The notes: generated by a model not told the origin, from the sequence alone. Numbered from the stretch's first letter, positions 21,602 to 34,661 are shown. The stretch is DNA of 64,000 nt from Calditrichia bacterium (GCA_963796965.1 CAWCNS010000005.1:320001-384000); one strand, 5' to 3'. Program-made: numbers and translations.

Positions 21602-22693
21602 AGGGGCTCTTACAAACATCTTTCCTGATAATTGTCGCACAATTCCCATTAATTCCAGAGTCAATAAAGTGGAGAGAACTTCTCCTGGCCCGCAACTGCT
21701 TGCCTGGGCCAGGTTATCGATGTGCTGTGGCTGGTTTGTTAATAATTGATACAACTTTTTCTCGATCCCGGATAATTCTGGTAGTGGTATTTCTTTAGTG
21801 ATTTCCCGGTCCTTCATCAGATTTTTTAATTCATCAATAATATGCGAGGTTTCCTGCACCAATGTAGCACCTTGTTTAATTATCTGGTTCGCTCCCATAC
21901 TTTTTCTTGAATTTATTGGACCCGGGACAGCAAACACCTCCCTGTTCTGATCTAATGCTTGATAGGCTGTTATCAGAGCACCACTCTTCATACCGGCCTC
22001 AGTGACTAAAGTCCCAAGGCTCAGACCACTGATAATTCTGTTTCTACGTGGAAAATTTCCCGGATCAGGAATAGCGCCTACCATATATTCACTCATTAAC
22101 AGACCTTCTTCTGATAGTTGGACCGCTAATCTTTTATTTTCTGGTGGATAAATATTATCAATACCACTTCCCATAATTGCCACCGTTTTTCCATGATGTT
22201 TTAATGCCGTCTGGTGTGCAATGGTGTCAACACCACGTGCCAAACCACTAACTATTGTAAAATCATAGGCTAAAAGATCACGACATAATTTTTCGGTAAC
22301 CATTTTCCCGTAAGATGATGGATTTCGGGTACCGACAACACCAATAGTTGGTGAATCAAGTATGGATAAATCGCCTTTATAGAATAGGAGAACAGGTGGA
22401 TCGTATATATTTTTTAAACGGGTTGGAAATTTTTCATCCCAGTATGTGGTAATTTGGATTTGATGTTTATCAATATATCTGAGTTTATCTGAGATCTTCT
22501 TTGAGTTATAATGCTCTTTTATTGTTAACGCCGTATGTTTTTCTATACCAGGAACCTTGACCAATTTTTGCAGTGGAGCATGTAAAGCCTGCTCAGCTGA
22601 ACCAAATGTAGCAAGCAGGTTTCGGATCCTGGCAGGTCCAATACCGGGAATGCCATATAATTTTAATAAAGATTCAAGGTTGAATTTATACAC
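21596..22693 (-). CDS. dprA: DNA-processing protein DprA
   Basis: VVGTR, IVSGLARGVD, FPRRNRIISGLS, SGALITA, REVFAVPG. Confidence 0.97.
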   Translation of the reverse strand: MYKFNLESLLKLYGIPGIGPARIRNLLATFGSAEQALHAPLQKLVKVPGIEKHTALTIKEHYNSKKISDKLRYIDKHQIQITTYWDEKFPTRLKNIYDPPVLLFYKGDLSILDSPTIGVVGTRNPSSYGKMVTEKLCRDLLAYDFTIVSGLARGVDTIAHQTALKHHGKTVAIMGSGIDNIYPPENKRLAVQLSEEGLLMSEYMVGAIPDPGNFPRRNRIISGLSLGTLVTEAGMKSGALITAYQALDQNREVFAVPGPINSRKSMGANQIIKQGATLVQETSHIIDELKNLMKDREITKEIPLPELSGIEKKLYQLLTNQPQHIDNLAQASSCGPGEVLSTLLTLELMGIVRQLSGKMFVRAPL

Positions 22694-22698
22694 GTGCG

Positions 22699-23712
<1,014 letters not shown>

Positions 23713-24115
23713 TTATGTCAATTTATCATTTGCAAATACCATACCATTTAATGCAAAATAATTTTAATTAAATTGAAAGGTAATAATTGAATATTCAATA
23801 TTCAATAATCATCACGGAATGCTCAATTGAAAGGCTAATCGTCAAATGTGAAACAATAAATTGTATTTAGGGAAGAGTAAATCTTATTTTTTTGTCATCC
23901 CGGAGGGATCTTCCCGAGTACTAATGAGGATCTCTATTATTAAATATCCAATATCCACCAGAAGAATGTCCAAGGTCAAAGGGTATAAAAGGCAGAGGTA
24001 TGGCATGGACCGATTATCTAAAAAAAAGAATGAAACCATTCGTGTAATTCGTACTAATTTGTGAAATTAGTGGAAAAATATCGTTTTCTCTCTTGGCGAA
24101 AGAAGAATATACAGA

Positions 24116-25064
24116 TCAAAAAGTGCCATAAATCCCAAAACGGTTCACCGAACCAAGAGCCCCCATAGAGGAGAAGGCATAATCAAATCGGTAGCCTTTC
24201 CAAACCAATCCAAAGCCCAAGCGAGACACCTGCAAATCCATCATCCTTGCCCGTTTTGAGATCACTATGGAGTTCATTTTCATAACCTAACCGTAATCTG
24301 AGTAAATTTGAGAGTGTAAATTCACCACCAATGGAAAACTTTGCCAACCGATCCCATACCGACTCTTCATATGCATTCAGGTCATTTAAATTGAGGCTTA
24401 GTTCTAATGGTAAGTGCTCTAATTTTTTACTTACACCAAGACGCAAACTAAGAGGTAATGATTCTTTAGAATCAATGTATGCATCTAATGCTTTACCAAC
24501 ATTTAACAGAGAAAGTCCAAAATAAAGATCATCACTAAAGGGTGCCGCATACATTAATCCGAAGTCCAGGGCTAATGCGTTAGCCGTATAAAGATCTATT
24601 TTTGAATGGACATATTTAAGTGTAACACCATAAGAAAAGTATTGCTCCAGCTCATCAGCATAGGATAATGCAAACGCCAGATCGTAGGCACCATAGGATC
24701 TACCGGTCATCTGGGCAAAGTCATCGGTCTCATCAAAATCGCCATAATCCATCCAAATCACTGAACCTGTTATTTGACCATATCCGTTAATCCGTTGTGT
24801 ATAGGCCGCCAATCCACCTCCGAAATCAATAAGATAGTCAATATAATTAACGGCAAATTGGCGTTCTTCTGTAAAAGCCAGAGATGACGGGTTGTGGTAG
24901 AGGCCATTAACGTCACCACGCATGGCAACAAAAGAGCGGCCTAAGCCGGCAGCACGTGAGCTGTATTCTGTCCGTAAAAATTCAAACCCCGCGGTCCCAT
25001 CAGCAGCATGGACATTAGAAAGGGAAAATACAAACAGTAAAATTAAAAACACAGATTGTTTCAT
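24116..25064 (-). CDS. PorV/PorQ-family outer-membrane beta-barrel (frameshift ~24215)
   Basis: FLR...SRAAGLG, NPS.LA, LRLGY; the shifted frame gives RFDYAFSSMGALGSVNRFG to stop at 24116. Confidence 0.8.
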
Positions 25065-25122
25065 AGAAGTCCTGACATTCAAAATGGTTATGATCCTATT
25101 TTACACCTTTAAACGCTATAAG

Positions 25123-25962
25123 TTCAAGGGTTTGTAAATTTTTCCTCCCTGACTTATTAAAAATGCATCAAAATCGATTCTTTCCGCATTGACCAATGGG
25201 TTTACCCAGAAACCGGGTTCCGACTTCATCGAACTTATCAGGCATATCACTGACATAGCATTTAAAATTTCCTTTATTTGTCTTTTCATCTTTGCCCTCA
25301 GATCCGTCAGTCATTTCCTGAACAATTTTTGCCGCTTCCTGTCCTGAATCAATTAAAGCAATATCCACTCCCGCCTCTTCCTGAATCAGATCTCTGATCA
25401 CAGGAAAATGTGTACAACCCAAAATGATCGTATCAATACCTTTTAACAATAATGGTTCCAGATATTTCCTAACCGTAAGGCGTGTAATTTCTTCATTGAT
25501 CCACCCCTCTTCTACCAATGGTACCAAAATAGGACAGGGTTGTCCATAGACTTCAGCCTCAGGATTTATTTCTTTAATTTTCTTATTATAGGCCAGACTG
25601 TTAACAGTTGCTGTAGTCCCAATTACACCAATCCTATTATTTTTAGATTTGTTTACAGCTGCGGTCACCCCGGGACCGATCACACCGGTAACCGGAATAT
25701 CTAATGTGGATTTCAACAAATCCACAGCTACAGCCGATGCCGTATTACAGGCAACGATCAGAATTTTGATTCCATATTGTTCTAAAAAGGCTGCATCCTC
25801 CAACGCATATTGCCTGATCAATTTAACCGAGCGGGTACCATAGGGCACGCGGGCCGTGTCACCAAAATAAACCAGGTCTTCTTCTGGCATCAATCGGATT
25901 AACTCTTTTACGACGGTTAGCCCACCAATCCCAGAATCAAATATGCCTATCGGTCCGTTCAA
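25123..25962 (-). CDS. murI: Glutamate racemase (frameshift ~25200)
   Basis: IGIFDSGIGGLTV, DTARVPYG, ACNTAS, LGCTHFP. Confidence 0.96.
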
Positions 25963-26148
25963 ACTAAATCGCCCTTTTATATCTCAAAATTGCTTGATAT
26001 TTATTTGTATTCTCTCGCAGAGACGCAAAGACGCAGAGAAAAGACAAAATTAAAGAAAAAAAATATCACGAATTTTCAAGAAAAATTAATATAAATACTT
26101 CCATACCCTCTTCGCTCTACTCTACACGCTCTCTCTATCTTCTCTCTT

Positions 26149-27757
26149 CTATATAGTCAATGTACTGTTAATTAAATAGTCTTTCTCAACTTCTGTTTTG
26201 TATTTCTTGATACCGTTTAAAATACCTTCAGCAATTTTTTTCTGGGTTGTTTTTTGTTTAAGTAATTTTTCCTCATATGAATTTGAAATATAACCAGCCT
26301 CTACCAGAATATTCGGCATAGTGGCACCCACCAACACCCAGAAAGGTCCCTGTTTTACACCCCGGCTGGTCATCCCAATTTTATTTAAGTTTAGATTTTA
26401 AAGAATTTTGTACTTCTGAAGCCAAAAACTGACTGCGCCTTATATTATCACTCTGCAACATGGTAGCAAGAATAAAATTCACACCTTCATACCGCTTTAG
26501 ATCCTGGCTGGCTTCATAGTCAATGGCCGAATTTTCTTTGAGAACAACATCTTTTGCTTTGGTATTTTTATCAGCACTGACAAAGTAGGTCTCAAATCCT
26601 GAAGGACGCCGGCTATTATTACTGTTGCAGTGAAGACTTATGAACATTTTTGCACCAACATCATTAGCGATTTTTGTTCGTTTCCATAAGGGAATAAACA
26701 CATCTTTTTTGCGTGTATAAACCACACGTACATCCGGGAGTTCTTTTTGAATCATCTTGCCCAGAGTTAATGTCATCGGTAAGACCAGGTCCTTTTCCCT
26801 GGCTTTACTATAACCAATAGCCCCCGGATCTTTTCCACCATGTCCGGCATCAAGGACAATTGTGTCTACCCGCCACATTTTTTTGCGCTCTTCTAACTCC
26901 TCCTTCAGTTTCTCATGCTCACGGTTCTCGGCAATGACTTCTTTCGTTCTCAGATTAACATGAAAATCAGTTCCTGTTGGCTCAAAAACTAATTCTTTTG
27001 AAAGTACCTCTTTTTTTAATTTAAATGAAAGAGAAGCGGTTTCATCCATCTGAAAAGCCTGAACACGTGAGATTATACCAGATGGTTGAACCGCGGTTAT
27101 ACTTGCCGGATCAATTTTAGCACCATAAACATCAATGTGCAGCCAACGGTTACGGATATCCAGGGTTATTTCCTTTTCTTTGAACCGCTTCGATGCAAAA
27201 ACATCAATTAATGTACCATTCTCTTTTGCAACAATACGGACACCGGTAATATTTACATCCGTTTCTTCAATGCGCAATTCCTTCTGTTCAGCACTATAGT
27301 GCCATGAGAATGGTGTATATTTGTCTAATATCTGAATCGTATAGTCGAGGGGTATCCATACGGCTTCATCATGCCAGATACATTCCAGAGGTATCTGAAA
27401 CACCTGTGAATTAAATTTTACAAAGGTGTTATCTGCAGTAAATGTCACCCGGTCTTTTTCTATATAAAGGACACTTTTCTTCTTTGGTTCATTTGTGTAC
27501 ACACCCAGATGCAGGGCTTGGGCAAGATCTTCAAGAGAGATAAACAGATAGCCCCATTGTGCAATAAGTTGCAGGGGTTCATTGACTCTTAAGGAATCTG
27601 AACGGACCGTAATTCTACCGGCTAACTGGGCAGACTCGTCACGAATCGATCCTGATTTGGCACTTTTGCCAAAAAGGGCAAGCGGATTCAGAATAAAAGT
27701 GGATAAAGATGATGTAAGAAAAGTAATAAAATTTCGACGATGCATAACAACTTTCAT
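26149..27757 (-). CDS. N-acetylmuramoyl-L-alanine amidase (Amidase_3) with Tat-like signal (frameshift ~26380)
   Basis: RRNFI signal; LDAGHGGKDPGA, FISLHCN; SRGVKQ..F.VL..MP.ILVE.GYISN in the second ORF. Confidence 0.92.
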
Positions 27758-27951
27758 TGCTGGTTTTTTAAAATTAACTATAAATTCAATTTCAATCAAT
27801 CCCCTACCCCATTTTCGCACAATTGTGTGGTTCGGAGAAATCGATTCGCCGAATCCCGTATCTGCTCTCTCATATCCCCTACCATTTTCCTCTTGAAAAA
27901 TTCATCTAAATCCTCTAATCTTTAATGATCAATAATCAGACCGGGAGGAAT

Positions 27952-28858
27952 ATGCCAGTTTTAGAGGTTAACAGGATATGCAAATCATATGGTGCATTTA
28001 AAGCAGTCGATGATATTAGTTTTGAGGTTGAACCGGGTCGTATGTATGGGGTATTGGGCCCAAATGGCGCAGGTAAAACAACAACCATTCGCATGATAAT
28101 GAATATTCTTCTGCCTGATAGCGGTGAGGTATCGCTCTTTGGACAAAAGATGAATGAAGCGTTAAAGGATAGAATTGGCTATTTACCTGAAGAACGTGGC
28201 TTATATGTAAAAATGAAGGTCATTGATATGCTCGTTTTTTTAGGGAGATTACACAATATGAATCAAAAAGAAGCCCTGGCTGTATCTGATAAATGGCTTG
28301 GAAAATTGGATTTATCTGAATGGCGTGATAAAAAAATCGAAGAATTGTCAAAGGGTATGCAACAGAAAATTCAATTCATCGGTACGATTATGCACAATCC
28401 GGATATGATCATTCTCGATGAACCCTTTTCAGGTTTAGATCCTATTAATACCCAGGTGATTAAAGATATCATGATGGCATTACGCGAGGAGAACAAAGCC
28501 GATTATGTTTTCAACTCATCAACTGGATTCAGCAGAGAAATTGTGTGATGATATATTGCTGATCAATAAAGGGAAAAAGGTCCTCGATGGTGATCTGAAT
28601 GCTGTGAAGAAACAATATAGCCGGGATGCGATACAAATTGAATATGAGGGAGATGGTGAATTTCTCAAGTCCCAGGAAATAATCGAAAGATCAGATGATT
28701 ATGGCAATTATGTTGAGGTCATACTCAAAAATGATGCCACACCAAATCAGTTATTAAAAATATTGCTCGAGAAATTAAAGATCAAACGATTTGAATGTAC
28801 ATCTTCAAGCCTGAAAGATATATTTATTGAGACCGTGGGGAGGGATCAGGATGTCTAA
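27952..28858 (+). CDS. ABC-2 transporter ATP-binding protein (YhaQ/NatA-like; frameshift ~28500)
   Basis: GPNGAGKTT, LSKGMQQK, ILDEPFSGLDP, FSTH; GGAGG RBS before ATG 27952. Confidence 0.92.
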
Positions 28859-30116
28859 AATGTTTACCATTATTGCCCGAGAGTATAAAGAAAGTGTCTT
28901 TAAAAAAGGATTTATCATTAGTACGATTCTAACGCCCGTCTTAATGCTGGGTGCTGTCTTTATCCCTGCTATTCTTACAGGCGTGGAGACGGAGGAGTCC
29001 TATACGATAGATGTTATCGATCGTTCAGGTATCGTATTTGAAGAATTAAACCAACGTATGAATCCTGAGAATGATTCGGGAACCGTGAAATATGTATTTA
29101 GCAACATCACAACAACTCAGAATAGTGATGACGATTTGATAGCAAGCGCAAAAGAAAAAATAAAAAAGGAATTATTGGACGGCGTTTTATACATCCCCTC
29201 TGCCGTACTGGATTCCGCCAGGATGGAATACTATGCACGTAATGTCACAAATTTCAATCTCAACAGACAGTTAAGAAGTACCGTAAATGATATCGTATCT
29301 GAACATCGAATAGCCAAAAGCGGATTGGACCCTCTACTCGTCAAACAATTAACCCGCTGGATCAATCTGGCTACGGTAAAAGTAAAGGAAGGTGAAGAAG
29401 ATAAAGAATCTGGTTTTCTGGAGGAATATTTTATCACCCTTGCTTTTGTGATGATACTCTATATCACTATCCTGATTTATGGTGCAACGATTATGCGTGG
29501 CGTATTGGAAGAAAAAAATTCGAGGGTCATTGAAGTTTTACTTTCCTCTGCCAACTCTTTTCAATTGATGGTCGGAAAGATTATTGGGCTAGGAAGTGTT
29601 GGACTCAGTCAATATATCATTTGGTCTGTTTTGGGCCTTTCTATTACACTTTATGGCGGGGCGATGGGTGGCTTACCCATTGACAAGATTTCATTTGATC
29701 CGATTATTTTTATATACTTTGTCCTCTTTTTTCTTTTAGGATATTTTTTATATGCAACCATTTATGCTGCCTTTGGTGCAATCTCGAACTCAGATCAGGA
29801 GGCACAGCAGGCCTCATTTCCAGTCGTCATGCTTCTGATCATCCCCCTGGTTATGATGACATTTATCGTAAAGAATCCACAAAGTACGATCTCAGTCGTT
29901 ATGTCCATCATTCCATTTTTCTCCCCGATTCTAATGTTTACAAGGATCAATACAGGTACACCAACCTCCCTTGAAATATGGGGATCGATACTACTTCTTA
30001 TTGTGACAACAATTTTCAGCATATGGGTGGTGTCAAAAATCTACCGGATCGGAATATTATCCTATGGCAAGAAACCAACCTTTGCGGAATTATATCGGTG
30101 GATTAAAACGAAGTGA
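28851..30116 (+). CDS. ABC-2 transporter permease (YhaP/NatB-like)
   Basis: EEKNSRVIEVLLSS, GKIIG, IYRIGILSYGKKP. Confidence 0.92.
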   Translation: MSKMFTIIAREYKESVFKKGFIISTILTPVLMLGAVFIPAILTGVETEESYTIDVIDRSGIVFEELNQRMNPENDSGTVKYVFSNITTTQNSDDDLIASAKEKIKKELLDGVLYIPSAVLDSARMEYYARNVTNFNLNRQLRSTVNDIVSEHRIAKSGLDPLLVKQLTRWINLATVKVKEGEEDKESGFLEEYFITLAFVMILYITILIYGATIMRGVLEEKNSRVIEVLLSSANSFQLMVGKIIGLGSVGLSQYIIWSVLGLSITLYGGAMGGLPIDKISFDPIIFIYFVLFFLLGYFLYATIYAAFGAISNSDQEAQQASFPVVMLLIIPLVMMTFIVKNPQSTISVVMSIIPFFSPILMFTRINTGTPTSLEIWGSILLLIVTTIFSIWVVSKIYRIGILSYGKKPTFAELYRWIKTK

Positions 30117-30210
30117 GATTGGATTTTTAGATTCGCGATACGGGATAAGAGATGGGAGATATGAGATTTGGGATGCGGGATACGGGATCCCATATCAGGC
30201 ATCTCATATC
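30114..30210. repeat. Degenerate heptamer tandem array (NNGRGAT), self-complementary
   Basis: gggagat atgagat ttgggat gcgggat acgggat followed by cccatat caggcat ctcatat. Confidence 0.85.
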
Positions 30211-30242
30211 CTTGACCAAGAACCGAGAGCCAAGCACCCTGA

Positions 30243-30932
30243 TTAACTCAACCGTCTCACATTTTTTTTAATCCACTTTTGAATTTGTTCGTATTCCGGA
30301 AACTGATGTTCGGCTTGTTTGAAATCCCTGGAATGGATCTTCCGCCTACCATTATTTTCGATGATGGGAAAATAGATGTGCAGCATTTCATGATAAAGCA
30401 GATAGCGAACTATTTTCTCAGGCACACGATTATCATCGAAGATACGACTGATGACGATCAGGTTTCGGGTGGCATCATAAAATCCTAAGCGGGTATAACT
30501 CTTGTTTTTGCTCCAGCCCATCACCGGACGCTCTAACAGAGGTTCAAAGTATTCAGCGTTCAATTCATCAAATAAGTGGTTAAGGTCAAACACTTTTCCC
30601 CAGGCAACATATCCTCCTAACCCATGAGTCCTTCTTTTAGGAAGATTATCTTCAATATTTGAAACAAAGGTCCGGTAAGCCTGGCGAACTTCCCCATCCA
30701 CTTTGATCTTATAAACTTTGGAGAGGAGTATAATCGCCAGATGTTCAATAATCAATGTAGGTGCTGTTTCCAAATAACTGCTTACCTTTACCCTGATTCG
30801 CCAGGGTGTCCATTCAATAGTATGCCGAAGACTTCTATAGGGGTGATATACGGCTTCAATCTTTCTACGCTTGCGGAAAAAATGTTCATCATGGACATGA
30901 TTAAATATTTGTGTTAACTGTAGATTGTTCAA
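30243..30932 (-). CDS. SprT-like/YgjP-like zinc metallopeptidase domain protein
   Basis: FDELNAEYF, I.ISR.FD...VP, YHEMLH (HExxH), HS.DF...E. Confidence 0.75.
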   Translation of the reverse strand: MNNLQLTQIFNHVHDEHFFRKRRKIEAVYHPYRSLRHTIEWTPWRIRVKVSSYLETAPTLIIEHLAIILLSKVYKIKVDGEVRQAYRTFVSNIEDNLPKRRTHGLGGYVAWGKVFDLNHLFDELNAEYFEPLLERPVMGWSKNKSYTRLGFYDATRNLIVISRIFDDNRVPEKIVRYLLYHEMLHIYFPIIENNGRRKIHSRDFKQAEHQFPEYEQIQKWIKKNVRRLS

Positions 30933-30950
30933 TTAGTCTCTCTCGTGTGT

Positions 30951-31050
30951 TATGGGATATCTCGTATCTCGTATCACGAATCCCGCATCCCAAATCTCGT
31001 ATCCCAAATCTCATATCCGGAATCTCATATCCGGAATCTCAAATCCCAAT
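30951..31050. repeat. Degenerate heptamer tandem array (ATCYCNN)
   Basis: atctcgt atctcgt atcacga atcccgc atcccaa atctcgt atcccaa atctcat atccgga... Confidence 0.85.
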
Positions 31051-31054
31051 TATC

Positions 31055-33250
31055 CTAGAAACGATAGTTATACTGAAATTTAATCCGTGCGGCACTTTCT
31101 GTAATTGTAAACCTCTCAAAGGGATCTATTGAGATTGAATTCCAAACCAGATTCAGTTCGTTTCCAGGAGTCAAGATCCAGCGAAACCGCGATTGCCAGC
31201 CCATTTGTTTGGAATAATTGTCATATTGGATAAAATTATTCAGCGTAATCTCCGGGCTAAACAAAATATTTGCCTTAAAGCGATATACTTCGCGGGTAAA
31301 ATCTATCTGACTCAGGGTCCCTTCCGTATAATCAACATCAAATCCTAAAAGTAATGCTACAATCACTTTATAACCACTCTGAAAACTTATAGTCTTGCGC
31401 TCACCGTTATAAAATCCACCCCAATTATAGGCCAATGACACCCACAGATTTCTCCTCTTTGCCGTTGAGAAAAGTGCACGATACTGTTCAAACTGATAGG
31501 TACCCATTGGGAGAGGAATGGATGATATCGTATCGGGTTCGCTGAGAAAATCATATTCGTGAATAAACTGGAAATTAAACTGATCCCCGGATGTAAAATT
31601 TACTCCCAGAGGCTGAAGTTGAATCTCCCGGGTTAACAGTTGATTTCCCATATTCGTAAGGTAGTCAATGGAGGCAAGAAAGTGGAATTGTAAAATCCCC
31701 CATCGTTGTGGCCGGGGACTAATCCCCCCTTCCAGATAGGTGTTTCTGATATCTTTTCTGGGCACAAAACCAATCCCGGCATTAAAATTTTTGTCGATTT
31801 GGTTATACCCCGCCCTAAAATTTATAAAATCATTGGGATAATTGATCTCCGCCCCAAACGAATTATCATTATTTGAGATTGTATCGGTTTTTGATTTTAA
31901 CCCATAAAGAAGGAAGGATAGATTTTTATTTCCTGCAAAAGTTGAGGTAGCTAGTTTAAGGTCCATCCCCAGAACGTAATTATTTAGTGCTGAATTGGCA
32001 TTTCCTAAGGTACCAATCATACCAAGATAGGATTGTGAACCGAAATTTCTGGAGATTCGGGCAACGGCAAAATTCCTAGAGCCATTTTCCCTTTCATCTA
32101 TTACATCCATGACCCCAATATTCCACTTACCTTCCTGGCCTGTTACTTTTACACCCCCAAGAATTGGTATCGGATTTCTCTCATTGTCGAGACCCAAACG
32201 TCTTGAAAAGAAAACGATCAGACGTCTGGCGTACGAATTTCCGTCATCACCTTCCCGTCCAAATTGAAAATAGCTGGCACCGTCCAAAAAAAAGTCTCGC
32301 TTTTCAGGAAAGAATAGAGGAAACCGGGTTAGATTGATCTGTTTGTCATCCACCTCAGTTTGAGCAAAATCCGTATTAATAGTCAAAGCACTTTTAATCG
32401 CCGGTGTGATCTGATAAAAAACATCCAGCCCGACATCACCATTTACTGTACTATTTTCGCCCTTTTTCTGATCGATGCCTGCTAAACCATAGGGTCGAAG
32501 ATCCAGTCCGATACCTTGTGTAATTCCCTGCAAACCAACTAATAATCCGGCATCAGAAATCTGAAATTTATAACTATTAACATTCGCAACGGGCCAATAC
32601 GATTTTTCACTCTTTCTCTGTATTTCACGTTCAAATTTGAGCCCCCAACTATCATTTTCCGGGTTAAATGCCAACGATTTAAAGGGGATTTTCACCTCAA
32701 CATCCCAGCCGGCATCATGAATGGACGATTTTCCAACCCAAAGGCCATCCCATTGTTTATTGAGTGCTGCTCCATTCTGACTGAGCGTGGCATCACCAAT
32801 ACACCCCAAAGCATTCAGCTGAAACCAATAGGCGTTTCTTTTATCCAAAAATGTATCCAGAATTATGACAATTTTATCATCGTTTCCCAGACTGGCATCT
32901 CTTTCAAGTTGCTGTGCCGAGATTAATCCAGGATCATCATAACATCTTGCAGCGATATAAAGATTATTTTCATCATAACAAACAAAAAATTCTGTTCGCT
33001 CGGAAACCGGTTGGCCGGTGTTCGGTTCCCGTTGAGTAAAGCTATCGACCAGCGCAGCCTTTAACCACTCCGAACCGCCAATACTTCCATCAATTTCTGG
33101 AGGAGAATTGACAAAAACGGCATCAATACGCGCTTGAGGAAAAATTTTAAGCGGCAGGCAAAGTAGGGTAAATACTAATAAATATCTTATCTTCAATAGT
33201 GATAATTTCGATTTTTGATTCATCCTTGAATTCAATACTTTCCTTGACAA
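31055..33250 (-). CDS. CBM9-like + DUF5916 outer-membrane protein
   Basis: PEIDG, FTQREP, IPFKSL, NTDFAQTEVD, NLTRFPLFFPEKRDFFL; C-terminal Phe. Confidence 0.85.
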   Translation of the reverse strand: MSRKVLNSRMNQKSKLSLLKIRYLLVFTLLCLPLKIFPQARIDAVFVNSPPEIDGSIGGSEWLKAALVDSFTQREPNTGQPVSERTEFFVCYDENNLYIAARCYDDPGLISAQQLERDASLGNDDKIVIILDTFLDKRNAYWFQLNALGCIGDATLSQNGAALNKQWDGLWVGKSSIHDAGWDVEVKIPFKSLAFNPENDSWGLKFEREIQRKSEKSYWPVANVNSYKFQISDAGLLVGLQGITQGIGLDLRPYGLAGIDQKKGENSTVNGDVGLDVFYQITPAIKSALTINTDFAQTEVDDKQINLTRFPLFFPEKRDFFLDGASYFQFGREGDDGNSYARRLIVFFSRRLGLDNERNPIPILGGVKVTGQEGKWNIGVMDVIDERENGSRNFAVARISRNFGSQSYLGMIGTLGNANSALNNYVLGMDLKLATSTFAGNKNLSFLLYGLKSKTDTISNNDNSFGAEINYPNDFINFRAGYNQIDKNFNAGIGFVPRKDIRNTYLEGGISPRPQRWGILQFHFLASIDYLTNMGNQLLTREIQLQPLGVNFTSGDQFNFQFIHEYDFLSEPDTISSIPLPMGTYQFEQYRALFSTAKRRNLWVSLAYNWGGFYNGERKTISFQSGYKVIVALLLGFDVDYTEGTLSQIDFTREVYRFKANILFSPEITLNNFIQYDNYSKQMGWQSRFRWILTPGNELNLVWNSISIDPFERFTITESAARIKFQYNYRF

Positions 33251-33398
33251 TGTTTTTAATTACCACACAAAAAATATCATGGTATTTGGGGAACGTCCTA
33301 TCAGGAGTTCATTACATTCATTTATTTACCTCTCCCCAACCCTCTCTTAAAGGAGAGGGAGAAATAGGAAACCCCGAGGCAGAGCCCCTCGTGGAATT

Positions 33399-34661
33399 CT
33401 ACCGATTAAATTTGTTCAATGCCTCAATCATGGCCACCATATTTTCGAAGGGCGTTGTTGCCTGAACATTATGAACACTATTAAAAACGAAACCGCCACC
33501 CTTTCCAAAAATTTCACAACGCTCCAACACCAATTTCGAAACGTCTTCAGGCGTTCCTAAGGAGAGTGCACCCTGTGTATCAGCACCTCCTCCCCAAAAA
33601 GTGAGTTTTTCCCCATATTTTGATTTTAAATGTTGAGGATCCATGCCCTCGGCTGTGCATTGAACGGGGTTGATAATATCAAAACCAGAATCAATAAAAT
33701 GATCCATAAATTGTTCAACAGATCCACAAGAATGCTTGAAAGTTTTCCAGGTTGTATGTGTATGGATCCAATTGTTTATTTTTTGATAATAAGGCATATA
33801 AAGCGAATCATATGTGTCTGTCGAACAAAAACTAGAATTCTGTGTTCCAAAATCTGTACCACAGATAAAAGCAGCGTCAACGTGATTGCCCACGATTTGA
33901 AATATTTTTTCAAGATTTTGGATAGCGATCTCAGCCTGGTGAGTAAATATCTTGTGAATATAATCCTGTCTGGTAACCGTTGACATATACCATTCACTCA
34001 CATCACGTATACCCTTAGGATTTTTCATAAAAGGGGCGGGGACAAGAGCAATATCACCAAAGGCTGTGCCACCAAAATTTGCAATGACACCATAACTTGA
34101 TTCAGATAGATTATTCACCTGTTGATGAAGAAAGGCCAGATCCTCATCTGAAATCGGTTTAAATTCTTCAAAATTATCAGAAGGATCAAGTGACCCATCA
34201 TCAATAGGCTCCTGACGAATAATGGCATCAAAAAAGAAACTGGCTGCCGGCATATGTCCACTGGCCGGAACCGATCTATCGCCTTCAGGATATATGAGGA
34301 GACCGCCCTTACCATCAGAATCGGTCTGAAAGTCTCCGGGGACCAACAATTCCTGTCCCCACGGGGCACGCCATTCTTTCCAATTTTCTAATGGAAATCC
34401 AAACATTGTATTTCTTGGATAGAGACCAACCACATCAATACTCATGGCGTCCAAAAGATCTGTTTCCACTTCACCCAACATCTGGTAGGGCTCGTTTAAA
34501 CGTACCGGTCTTTTTTCAAGTGAATAATACTCCCTTAGCTTTTCTACAACAATAACATGTATACCCGTAACCGCTGTACCACCAAAATCGATCGGTATTT
34601 TATCCGGTTGGTGATGGTTCAGCGCAGTTTGTAATCTTTCTTTTGATGTCATTTTATCCAA
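33399..34661 (-). CDS. Uroporphyrinogen decarboxylase (URO-D/MtaA-like) family protein
   Basis: MTSKER..ALNH.QPD.IPID.G, DFGTQ, HSCG, NPVQ, FWGGG.DTQ, HNVQ. Confidence 0.85.
   Translation of the reverse strand: MDKMTSKERLQTALNHHQPDKIPIDFGGTAVTGIHVIVVEKLREYYSLEKRPVRLNEPYQMLGEVETDLLDAMSIDVVGLYPRNTMFGFPLENWKEWRAPWGQELLVPGDFQTDSDGKGGLLIYPEGDRSVPASGHMPAASFFFDAIIRQEPIDDGSLDPSDNFEEFKPISDEDLAFLHQQVNNLSESSYGVIANFGGTAFGDIALVPAPFMKNPKGIRDVSEWYMSTVTRQDYIHKIFTHQAEIAIQNLEKIFQIVGNHVDAAFICGTDFGTQNSSFCSTDTYDSLYMPYYQKINNWIHTHTTWKTFKHSCGSVEQFMDHFIDSGFDIINPVQCTAEGMDPQHLKSKYGEKLTFWGGGADTQGALSLGTPEDVSKLVLERCEIFGKGGGFVFNSVHNVQATTPFENMVAMIEALNKFNR

Noticed and set aside
23861..24064. 67-aa + strand ORF between obgE and the PorV-like gene
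   Set aside because: TTG start, spans repeat fragments, no recognisable motif.
30064..31132. Short ORFs 30064..30246 and 30911..31132 (likewise 37508..37753 and 62071..62280)
   Set aside because: Translations of heptamer repeat tracts or antisense overlaps.
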